From Amoebophrya sp. A120 (taxonomy: Eukaryota; Protista; Dinoflagellata), in contig CAJINV010000003.1 in assembly GCA_905178155.1 (NCBI GenBank), positions 8,538,799-8,602,798 of the forward strand: DNA of 64,000 nucleotides, read 5' to 3'. The position numbers and the translations under genes are program-made. Numbering within the stretch: the first letter of the stretch is position 1; each line of letters starts with the position of its first letter. The notes beneath the pieces were generated by a model. It did not search any database. It worked only from the letters and a program-made list of their open reading frames with translations, and was not told the origin of the DNA. Below are positions 38,916 through 50,052 of this stretch, piece by piece.

Positions 38916-41900
38916 CTAGCGTTGTCCGCGCGTAAGTCCCACGGGGCGCCACGCAAGCAACCCGTCCGCATTCGTCGCGCACCGAGAGTCGACTTTTTGC
39001 ATGAAACAGACACGGAGATGGTACTCCACTCGAAACGCTAGCAAAGTGTCATGGAATTCCGGCTTCGAGTCATCATCTGACATACTATCCAGCCTGGACG
39101 ACTTTTGCCCCAGCTCTTTTGCAACATCCTTTGCTTCCTCCGACTGATCGTCGCAACAAATTAGCAGGAGATCCCGTAGCCGCAGCATTATCAAATGCAA
39201 AAGTATCATCTGGGTCTGGAAGAATGCAACTTGTGATGTTGCATCTGGATTTGTATTGCATGAGCAGAAAAGGGAATGTAGTTTTTGCTCCGCGGATAGG
39301 GCATTTGTCATGCAAAATAGGCATCAAGAACCCCGCGAAAAATCTGTGATGCTATGGCATGCATCACAGACGTCATGCTCATGGCTCATGCTGCACCTCA
39401 TGCACAACGTGCATGACAAGTCTCAGAATCTTCCAGACCCAGACAGTTTTGCATTTGATAAGCATCATGTTTTGGCGAAACTCGAGAACCACCTCGGCTC
39501 CAATCTTGTTGTCTTCGCCCGGCGCCGGTGGAAGCCACATCCAGGACCGCGGCGTCAGGTGCTCGCGGGTCACGCAATGCTGCGCAGCCGGACTGTTCGT
39601 CGCGCCGCCTTCCACGTTGTGAGCCAAGGCGCAGCCAATGAGGCCATAGTAGTACTGGCGCTCGCAGTTTTTTGGTTCGGATGCGACGCAGTCGGGAAGA
39701 CCAGCAGCGGGCTGCGACTGGAACCACATAGAGCTCTTCAGAGCGGCGGAATTGTCGTCCCCCGTGTTCCTGAAGTACGGTGTCTTCTCGATAAGCTCGC
39801 CGAGCCTGCCCTCATGCACCACCGACGGGCTGACGTCATTAAAATTGCACCCCCAGACGACTGACAACTTGTAGTTCTTCTTGCTGTCGCTCCTCTTGTT
39901 GTTGTCGCCTGTAATTTGCGTTTTCGAAATAGTCATCAGTGGCCACATAGCGAAGGGGTCGAATAGCTCGTCTTGGTCGTCGTTCTTGCGAAAGAGGTTT
40001 TCCGGGTCGTCAACCTGCTGTTTGAGTGCGATGCCCGGCTCGTCAGAGTCTATCAATTTCAAAAGCGTTTGCGTTTGTCCTTTATCGCGTCCAAAATAAA
40101 TAATTTTTTTTTTTTCGATAAGTTCGTGGCTACGATATTTTGTTGCAGCCGCATAACGGTCTTGGAGAGTCTTGGTTGCGTCTTCCTCTTGGCCCGAGTT
40201 GGAGGCGGCCTCCGCTTTGCCTTTGAGTGTCTCCGCTTTGAGTTTCTCCGCTTTGAGTTTCTCCACGTTCCTTATGTTTCTGTAGAAGAAGCCGGAAAAG
40301 CCTGCACGGCTGCCAAAGCTCGAAAATAACGAGGCAAGATGGCCTATTCAAACAAAATGTGTCACCGTCAATGTTTTAGCATGTTCAAGTTCATTTTGCG
40401 ACCCAAAGAATTTGACTTTTCGTTGTATCCAACGCGTGCCCATGTCTATCAGCTGTTGCAAATGTGGCACGGGAGCACCAGACTTCGAGCATGGTGGCCC
40501 GGGGAGTTGTTGAACGCAGTCCAGAAGCCCTGCGGAAAGGCTTTGCCGTTGTACAGACCGACAGCGCGGCTCCAGAACGTCCGGCGCGGGGCGGCTTTCT
40601 TTTGGCTGTCCGGGACACGATCTTCGCCGGGGGGGTTCTGCGTGGCGTGTCATATAATCAACTACTACCGACGCCGGGTTATTCGGAATTTTAAGGGTGC
40701 AAAGAAATGGCTTCTCGGGAGGCGGGCCCGACCCTGCCGGAAGCCTGAGTGGATAGCTAAAGCAAAAACGTTTTGAATATGACAAACACTAGCGCGCAAC
40801 CTTTATCATCAAGCCACTGCGCCACGCTTCAGCGTTTTAGCTAGCTGCTGCCACAACTGCGCTCGTTCGTCGCGTTTCTATTTTGCGCCAGCTTCTTCGT
40901 AGTAATCTTTCAGGTGCTTGGCCATTGCTTCTCTGTGTTGGATCATCCTCTTCGAGCCCAGCTGCAGGACAAAGCAGTTCCAGTTTTGTCAACAACCAAA
41001 ACGCTCTTTCGCCAAAAACAACAAAACGTCATAAGTGCGTAGGTCTACAGCAGGCGGAGGGCGAGGGCTTTGGGTTTAAAAGCAGCTTGAAAAGCAAGCA
41101 GCTTGATACGAAATCAGAGCAGCTTGGAAAAACTGCAAAGGCGGAAGCTAATCCCCCTGGCACTCTCGCTCTGCCTCTGGCCCCACCTGGGGCCACAGCG
41201 ATAGCCCCAGGCGGATTAGCTTCAAACAATTCTTGCAGCTTTTTCGAGCTGCAGCTGCTTTCTTTTCATTTCCACCGCCAGCCGCTGACCTTTCTATTAG
41301 TCCCAAGCTGCTTCCGCACCCCGATCGCCTGCGGTTGTAGATCTCAGTCGGCCACTTGCTTTGAAGCGTTTCCGTTTATTTTGGTCACTGCTGACAAAGC
41401 TGGCGCCTGCTGCAGCTCGATAAAGATGAGCATCGGCCTAAAGTAGAAGATTGCCGATAGTAGCTGCCCCAGCGGGGGGTAGTGAGGTCCGTCCTTGCGC
41501 TTTTTCTGTCTTCGTGCCAAAAAAAAGGACGCGACTTCTCTGCCCACCATGCCTCCGGGAGTACTGTTATGCACGACGGCGCCCGCGGCGGCGGTCGATA
41601 ACCAATTCGCTCCACAGCTGGCATCCCTTTGGCTTCGAATCGGGAAGCCTTCCCGCCCGCATGCTATGGCCCCGCCAGGGCCGGCCCCCACCAGGGTCGG
41701 CCCCTTGGGAGCCCCAAATCGGGCCCACAGCATGGAGGCTGGCTCCCTCGCTTTTTGCTTTTGGCGGCCTTTGCGTTTTTTGATTTTTTTTGTGGAAAAC
41801 ATAGGCGCGCTCTTTGCCCTGCTCCCCCGTTTATAAGTGCCCGACTTTTCATTCTGGCTGGCTTGGCGGCCTCCAAATGGAGACCAAAACGAGGCCCATC

Positions 41901-44900
41901 GTGTGCGGGCTCGCTTTCTTTTTCCCCCCGCCAATCTTTGGGCGCCCCTTTTTGCTTGGGCGCCCAAAATCGGCGGAAACAGGTGCGCGCAAGGCGCCTC
42001 AGAAAGGCGCCCCTTTTGCCAGCTCCCCTGCGTCATTTTATCAAGCGCGAATCGATAGAATTGGGCTGGGCTAGTTTGCCACCAAAGCCCCGGCCGCTTG
42101 ATCACTGCAAGTCCTATCCTGGTATAGATACTAACTACCTTGGCACAAAAGAGCGCAAGCGTCAGTGTGAGTTTGAGTTTCGGCGTTGGGCTTGGGTTTG
42201 AGTCTCAGCGTTGGGCTTGTGTCTGAGTTTCAAGATGGAGCTTGGGTCTGAGTTTCAGCATTGAGCTTGGGTCTGAGTCTCAGCATTGAGCTTGAGTTTG
42301 AGTCTCAGAGTTGAGCTGTAGTCTCAGCATTGCGCTTGAGTTTGGGTCTCAGCGTTCAGCTTGAGTCTGAGTCTCAACATTCAGCCTGAGTGTCAGTCTC
42401 AGTCTCGACTTCGAGTTTCAGAATCCGCTTGGAGTTTGAGTTTCGCTTTCGAGCGAGCGACTTCAAGACGGCCGGCGGACAAACGAAAGTCGTCCGAGCC
42501 GACGGCCGTCGGACGGCCAAAAGTTGTCTGACGGCCGTCGAACGGCCAAAAGTCGCCCGATGGTCGTCGGACAGCCAAAAATCGCACGACGGCCGTCGGA
42601 CGGCCAGAAGTTGCCCAACGAACGGCCCAAAAGTCGCCCGGCGGCCGTCGGACAGCCAAAAGTCGTCCGACGGCCGTCGGACGGCCCGAAATTGTCCGAC
42701 AGCCAGAAGTCGTCCGCCGGCCAGAAGTTGTCCGACGACCGTCGGACAACCAAAAGTCGTCCGACGGCCGTCGGACGGCCAAAATTCGTCCGGCGGCCCT
42801 CGGGCAGCCAAAAGCTGTCCGACGGCCCAAAAGTCGCCCGAAGGCCGTCGGGCGCCCAAAAGTCGTCCGACGGCTCCGAAGTTGCCCGACGGCCGTCGGA
42901 CAGCCGAGAGTCGTCCGACGGCCGTCGGATACCCAAAAGTCGTCCGACGGCGGTCGGACAACCGAAAGTCATCCGACGGCCGTCGGACAGCCCAAAGTCG
43001 TCCGAAGGCCGTCGGGCCAGCCAATGCCAAAAATCGTCCCGATCGTTCGGGGCCGGGTTGATCAGATTGGGCGCGCCGAAGCCGAGGCAACCAGATCGGG
43101 AACGCTGCAGCCGGGGCGATCAGACTGGGCGCGCCGGAGCCGGGACGACCAGACTTGGCGCGCCGGAAATGGAGCGACCAATCTGGGCGCGCCGGGGCCG
43201 CGACGACCAGGCCACATTGGGCGCGCCGCGGCTTTGTTTTGGGGCCGGCGCTTTTTTCTTTTTGGTTTGCTATCTAGATGATGCTAGCTGGCGTTTGCAT
43301 TTCTTCTGATGCCTACTTCCGGGCGAAGCTGGCTTTGCTAGTTTTCTATGTCAAAAAACGCGCCCGGCCGCTTGAAAACTGCCGGCCGTTCTTCACGGTA
43401 GGTGCCAAAAAAGCCGCTAGGATAAAACGCTCGCGGCCTCACTACATATCAGCGACCGACGGGGGCCAATAAAAAATGCCTATGGAGAAATTGACGCAAA
43501 ACGAAAACGCGAGCGAGTGCAGTGATGGCAACTAGCTACCAAACGAAGCTGATAGAGTAGCTTTCTGTTGATGAAGGTAGAAGCTGCGCGCTGGCGTTAT
43601 ATAGCTCCATCCCATAGCTGAGCTGCAGCAGTTTACTCCTTTTGCTGAGCTGCGGAAGTTAAAATTTTGCGACGGGAAAGAGAACGGCCCGCGTCGAGTT
43701 TTTTTTTGCATGTAGCTACGTACAATTTTTTTTGGAAGGTGGCGGCGTCACGTTTTGACATTTTTGGAATCGCGTTCACTCATGGAATCACGTTAACGGA
43801 ATCACGTTTGCGACGGAATCGCGTTTGTCTAATCGAGTTGAGAGAGTGAAACAACTCAGACGCCGAAATGCCCACAACGCACCTAAACGAACGCCGGGCG
43901 GACCCAGCGGTCCGCCGGGACCAATGACGCGCCCCGCCGGCCAAGGCGCTGGCCAACGGGAGCCAGGAGAACCCCAGGCAAGCGGCAGAAAAACCGCGCA
44001 GGCCGGCAGGGTGCGGGGCCACCACCTCCCAAGAACGAGAGGAGAGAGTCGTCGGCCAGGGCAGCCGACCAGAAACCCCAAACCCTACACCCTAAACCCA
44101 AGCCCGAACGCAGCTAAGCTGATTCCATCAACTTGATTCCGCTCTAAACGTGATTCCAACTTGAAAACGTGATTCCGCTTCCAACCATTTTTTTTTGCAT
44201 GTAATTACAAACGTTTTTGCTTCAGCTATCCACCCAGGCCTCCGGCAGGGTCGGGCCCGCGTCCTGAGTTCAGGCTTCCGGCAGGGTCGGTTCCGCATCC
44301 TGAGCAGCTTTTTTTGAGGGCCGACCCTACAAATTCCGAATAACCCGGCTTCGGTATCGGTAGTAGTTGACTATATGACATGGCGCGGCTTGAGATGTTT
44401 GGTTGCTCCTGAGAGTCTGGGGCTCTTGTCACTCCTTGACCAAGGGCCTCCAGCAAAGGACCTTCAGAACCCAGAAAAAAAAACAGCAAAACTTCGAGCA
44501 AATTTGACGACGACCCGGTGAAAAATCCCGGAAGTTTTGCACATTGCACGGCATGGCGGGCGAGGTTTCTTGCGAGGCATATTTGTGACAGGTGACAAAT
44601 CTGCAAACCCTTGCATTTTGCACGGTATGGTGGACGATTGCGCGTTGGCCAAAAAATCTTGTAGCGCATCATAAATTTTTGGTCCGTGCGCAATCGTCCA
44701 CCACACAGCGCAAAATGCAAAACTCGTGGGATTTCTTGTCGCCGGTTCCTGCTTTGGGCTCTCAAAGTCCACCATACCGAGCAAAATGCGCGATTTTTAA
44801 GATTTGCCACCGGGCCATCGTCAAACTTGCTCAAAGCTTTGCTTTTTTTTTTTGGGTTGTGGACGTCCTTTGCTGGAGGCCTTTGAAAGGGAGTGATAGG

Positions 44901-47900
44901 TGCCAGACATTCTCAGGAGCAACCCGACATGACGAGCCGCACTATCCCGATCGTCCGTGGCCGGAAACCGGGTCGCTGAAGTGGTAGAGGACAGCCTCCC
45001 ACGCAAGGACCTTCTGGGGCCGTGGTTTTGGTCTGTGTAGCAGCAGTGCCGTTCTGGGACATTTCTGGACCAACTTCAAGTTCAACATGCTGGATTAGCA
45101 TGCTTGAAATATTGCAGGTAGCTTGCCGCATTCGCAACATGAACATTTGGCTTTTGGCAATTCGGCAGAAATGCATACTCATAGGAAACCCATCAAAAGC
45201 CAATTTTTTTGCTCAAAATGAATACCAATACGCCAAAACGGTGACGGTGACAAATTTTCCCTGAATACGGCCTATTTGCGAAAAGCGCTCTGGCTCCTCA
45301 CTTTTCCTTCTGATTTCGTCTCTGATTTCGGTAAGATCTGGCTGCTTCGTAGTTTCGCCTCCGATGTTGATCATTTTCTTTTCCTTCTCTGCGCTAGGAG
45401 CAAGATGACTTAATTTATTCCACAAGAAGGAGAAGCCCAAGCCCAACCTAGATTCCCCATCTTTGCTTGTGTCAACGGAACTGCTAGAGCTATCTGTGCC
45501 AAGTCTTTGTTCTCGTCGTTCTTCGGGCAACTTGAACAAGTCGTCGTAAGGGATGAAGCGCAGGTCCTCCTCTATCTGTTTAACAATTTCTTTCCTGTTT
45601 TCCTTCGCCTTCTCCTCGTCCTCGTCGTCTTTGGGCTCTAAGTTCATGTCGCGCAGCGCTTGCTCGCATGCTTCAGCTTTTTCATGGGGTGTTGGTGTAG
45701 CATCATGAGCGGCATCAGCACCAGCAGCATATGTTGGGCCACCAGGAGCAGTAGGAGCACGGCCGGAAGGGTTGCAGTCGCCAGGTTCCCAGGCATCGCC
45801 CACGAATTTTCGAGGACGATCCAACAGCTCTGCTTCTACTTTTTTTTCTTGCTCGTTACGCTCCTCTTTATTACTATTAGCAGGTTCTCCTCCAAGGGGA
45901 AACACTGTAAATTTTGGAAGTGCGACTGCCTCGGAACACGAACCGAGACCGCGGAAAAATCGCTTCGTGTTCAAGTCTCGTGGTGTTATTGAATCGAGCC
46001 AGTTCTTCGCTTCTTTCAATGTGCCATGACAGTAGAGTTGTTTATCCGCATCCCGTGTCTCTATGATCTCCTTCTCCTGCTCCTTGTTCAGGATCTTCAG
46101 CACTGTGTGCGTCTCGAGCGCGGTTCCTCGCCGTTCACGCCTTGGATCGTCTGCGGGCGGATCTCTGATCAATAGCTCATCCCGCAATCGCGGCTCGCCC
46201 AACTCAGCGTGTGGTTGTAGTGTGTTCTTGACCGGGACGTGTATTGCTGCGCGGCTGTGTAACCTCGCCTTTGTAGCTGTCCACAGCGGAGGATCTTTGT
46301 AGGACCTCCATTTGCAGCCAAGGACTTCAGGCGTTGGATCAGGTGGAATAGCAACCCGCTTGGCCTTTCCTTGAGTAAAAGGTCGCCGCCATTTGTTCTT
46401 GCTTCGGTAGTCACGCAATGCGGTTGTCTTGTGTCCGCTTCGTGTTTGCGGTCGAAGAAAATCAGCCCTGCGATCTTCCCGAAGAGGGTCTGGTGAAATG
46501 GAGAGAGCTGGATCATCAGGTGTATCGAACCGATCGAAAACTAGCGCTGCTCCAGGATCGCTTGTTTGGGCGGCTGCTCTCCCGCCAGGCCGCCCGTCTA
46601 CCCGCCCGGTGCAATGCAATGCAATATGGTGCGCAATCCACGCATTGCACAAGCGGGCATATCGGTGCACGTTGATCTTAGGGCGGAAAAGTCGGCAAAT
46701 CGCATCATTTTTGACAGCGCACTTTTTGGGGGGGCAAAAAAATTGTGGCTGTTGGGGGTATCAACACTGCTTTTTTTCCTGTTGGCCATGTAGCCGCTGG
46801 CGCCACTCTTCGTTGTCACGGTCCGCCATCCGACCCTCCCCTTTTTCCAATAGAAGCGCAGTACTTTGTTGAAGTTGCACAGGCCTGCGGCTCTCCGGCG
46901 CGGGAAGCCGCGCCCCCTCTCCCGCATCCAATTCCGTACGCGCCCAGACATCTTCTCGTCTCCCCTCTGCGGCCGGACGTTGAAAATGCGGACGCGCCAA
47001 CAATCAAGTGCTTCCGGGGGGGGTGCCGAAGGGGGGGGGGTAAGGGGGTCCGCTTGGGCTACCGTTGGGCTACCATTTTGGGACCTGCCAAGTCAGCAGT
47101 TTCCAATGGGGATTTGGGGGTCGGCATAGGCTACCGAAAGGGTACCCGGAGGGGGTACCCGGAAGGGGTGTCCGAAGGGGGCAAAAATGCCCCCCCCCTG
47201 ACCACCCCCCTTGCCGGGCCTTCTTTTCCGGGCGACGGGCCTCGTCGAGCCCCGGTCACGGAGGCGGCCCGGCCACTGTTCGAAGAGCGGGCCCACGACA
47301 CAGCGCCCGGCCATCTGGACGACAACGCACAGAGCGAAGGCGTTGTGGCCTGCTTCTGGTCTTGGTGTTGCGACATTTCCAAAGCTCAGCTACCATGTTT
47401 CCTGTGGAAAAGATCAAGTGACATGCGAGGCGTGTCGGCTTCCAAGATGTTGCGCCCCCAACAAAAAAACTTTTTTTACCCCCCCAATAAGTGCGCTGGC
47501 AAAAATGATGCGATTTGCCGATTTTTCCGCCCTAATGATCTGTGGGACCAAATCAAATTGGTAACGCTTAACTTGAGCGTGCAGGGCTTCTTGGTGTTTT
47601 TTCGGTGCGTGGCTCGAGGCCTCCTCCTCCTGGCGAGATGGGTTGAACGGCACCTCGCATGGACTCAGAGGTAGCTTGTCCACTAGAACTGGAGTTGACC
47701 ACGGGTTGTTAAAATTCTTCTCGTCATGCTTGCTCTGACTCTGAGCACCATCCGCCGCGCTGCTGCCGTCTACTAGGCTCCGGAGGGCGAACGCGTCAGA
47801 GTACACCCTTCTACCATAATTCAAGTCGCTGTCACTTTCACCTTCACCTTGTTTGGATTTTCGTTTTCCACCTTCGAAAACGGTGAAAAAATAATTACTC

Positions 47901-49420
47901 CAGTCCACTTTGATCCCAGAGTCGTCTTTGCACTCTGAAGTCCACTTTGATCCCAGAGTCTTCGACGCCTGCTCGCGACATATGACCGCCTTGTCTGTTC
48001 CTCGACCTTGTTGAAAACTCCACTCCAGTGTGATTCGCGAGGCCCTGACAATATGCCACATTGCTCTAGCACTAGCAGCAACTTGTTCTACGGAACTGCC
48101 ACGCCCGTCGTCCCTGGGTCTCTGGCTACTTGTACTTGATGATATTGATATCTTCTTCTTCTCGCTATCGTCTTCAAATAAAACTCGTACCGGAAGCAGT
48201 TGCTTCCACAGAGCGTGCCTCCGTGCTTTTCTAAGATGCCAAAGCAAATTTGCATTTTGCATTTCCGAGGAGGCCTTCGCTTTCGTGGAGGCTTCGAGGG
48301 CACTGAGAGCATTTCCACTCTCGCGCGTCCGTGTCTCCAGCATTTCACGCGGTCCAAGAAGCATGGTCACATCACTATAGCGCAGCAAACCAGACGCCAA
48401 AATCCACTCGACTGCCGCCTGGAGTTGCGGCGCGTCCTGCCACGACCAAGGCATATCTTCCGGCCGGACATGCATTACTTCAGGATTTCTCGGATCAATA
48501 AACGACAACGCGCGAGCGAGTTCTACGCGGAGAGCGGAGAGAAGCAGAGGGTGCTCATTCGCAGGAAGTAATACCTCGAGCGCGCGAAGGTCCTCGCGAG
48601 CTTGGAGAACTTCGCTTTGGAACTGTGCGGCAATATCTCGGAACACGTCGTCAACGGCATCTAAAAATGCCCTTCCAGCAGCTCGCTGGCCCTGGTGCGC
48701 TTCCAGGCTGCCACTTGTAATTGACCCGCCGGCCCCGCCCGCTACGGACGTTGAAGAACGACCAGCAGTGGGATCGAAGAGCTTCGCGAATACACGAGGT
48801 GGCAAAACTTCCGTCAGGATCCACCTTATCGTGACTTGCAACACCTGGTGCAATTCGAGCCGATTGCGTGCCTCGTCAACCGTCAGCCAGCCTTCTACTT
48901 TCTTCCATAAAAAGTTCTCGTCGTGGAAGCTGTTGTCGCGCACGCCAATGGCGGCAGGCCCTTGCTGTTGAAGCGCGTGAGTCTCAAGCACACCGAGGTA
49001 CATACGCGCCCATTCCACAACTTGCTCTCCTAGTCGAAGATACTGTTCGCGAGCCACCACACACAGCGCTGCTCCAAAAGTGAAAGGGATATGGTCGTCA
49101 CTATTGTTGGGGATGTCTTCCGGTAAATATTCCGCCCAAGCTTCGGCTTCGTAGGGGCCGCGTGGTTCCATGTATTTCACAAGACTTGCTGGCGCATCTG
49201 CTCCTCTTCCTTTGCCCTTGTCTGGTCGACGATGGAAATGAAGCCCGTGCCTTGCCTCATAAGGTGCGTACTTGATGCCGTTTCCAGGGTCTTCCTTTTT
49301 GCTGCTCCTCGTGGTTCCACCTGATTTTGGCGATTGGTTTCTTTCAGGCGTAGGCATCCCAACGACCCCCAAAGATAAGCGACGCAAAAGAAAAGCAAGG
49401 ACGAAAAATCTGAACGCCAC
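38916..49420 (-). CDS. Large orphan protein, about 1475 codons after removing three TIR insertions (exons 47542-49420, 45269-46669, 39462-40340, 38916-39184)
   Basis: Four ORFs join in frame (DLVP-LHRY, SQIG-HLAS, QNMM-LRLR), 4428 nt with no internal stop. Hydrophobic N-terminal stretch FRFFVLAFLLRRLSLGVVG. The 5' end probably lies in a further upstream exon. Confidence 0.7.
39188..39461 (-). mobile_element. Young introner/MITE with about 35-bp TIRs and GCA direct repeat
   Basis: gca|ttatcaaatgcaaaagtatcatctgggtctggaaga ... tcttccagacccagacagttttgcatttgataa|gca, 274 bp. Confidence 0.9.
42165..42445. repeat. Hexamer-based minisatellite (TGAGTY / TGAGCT / TCAGCA)
   Basis: tgagtctcagcattgagcttgggtctgagtctcagc... 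repeated. Confidence 0.85.
42490..43020. repeat. Palindromic minisatellite, unit about 29 bp, core GTCCGACGGCCGTCGGAC
   Basis: Repeated aaagtc-gtccgacggccgtcggac-(a/g)gcc. The core is a perfect 18-bp palindrome. Confidence 0.9.
44446..44880. mobile_element. Nested MITE-like foldback (about 80-bp TIRs, internal hairpin)
   Basis: gcctccagcaaaggac...atttgacga..ccggtg versus caccgg..tcgtcaaac...gtcctttgctggaggc. Inner inverted pair at 44611-44660 and 44672-44720. Confidence 0.75.
46673..47541 (-). mobile_element. 869-bp TIR element (about 90-bp TIRs, G-rich interior), frame-restoring
   Basis: tgatcttagggcggaaaagtcggcaaatcgcatcatttttg... versus ...caaaaatgatgcgatttgccgatttttccgccctaatgatct. Confidence 0.9.
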
Positions 49421-50052
49421 TAGTAATCAGCCAGCGCAGTATCCGGTTGGTAACGCACTCCGGTGCGTCTCGTTTGTAGTTTAGGTTTTCTTTCCTTTCC
49501 AATTTAAACTAGCACAGCGGTGCCTGTAGCAGGGTGCTTAGAGGTTATGTTCCAGGTTTTGCTTTGCTAAAGCATGCAAGCCGTAATAGTTTCCCGTGAA
49601 GAAGCTAATGCATCTGTGGCGTTGATCTTGATGTGCAGATTGGTCGGTCAAGCATGAATTTGCAATGCATATTCCGACCATTTCGCGACGCGGCAGCTTC
49701 TCCTCTTCCCTTTTCGTGATCGCGCCCAACATTTGGCGAGCGGCAGAGGAGTCTACGGCTATTCTACGAGCTAGATCAGAGCTATTCTGTATGGCGAAAA
49801 GATTTCCGGGGCCTTTGATCTTGCTGGTGCTTTGATCTTCAGGGTGATCCGTTGACCAAGTTGCGACGCTAGTGCTCATCTACGGCATATTTGGGCTTTG
49901 CGGAATCGATCACGGCTATGGCTTGTTTGTCTTGCTAATCACGACCGGTGGACGGCAACGCGTGCTCCACCTCAAAAGTAAGACGATAAAGCTATGGACT
50001 TGTTCTGTTCCCACCAATCTTGGGGCGGTCGGGGAAGCAAGTGATCACCGTG

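Larger units (their letters stand above)
40344..45268 (-). mobile_element. 4.9-kb non-coding foldback/TIR element with nested repeats, frame-restoring
   Basis: ggc|ctattca...tgaatac|ggc with about 80-bp degenerate TIRs (gtcaccgtca / tgacggtgac). Second inverted pair at about 40645-40775 and 44210-44380. No credible ORF inside. Confidence 0.8.

Noticed and set aside
42490-43020. CRISPR array
   Set aside because: The palindromic repeats abut each other with no unique spacers, there are no cas genes and the context is eukaryotic.
42374-43309. Long ORFs in several frames on both strands
   Set aside because: They are by-products of a stop-poor GC-rich satellite.
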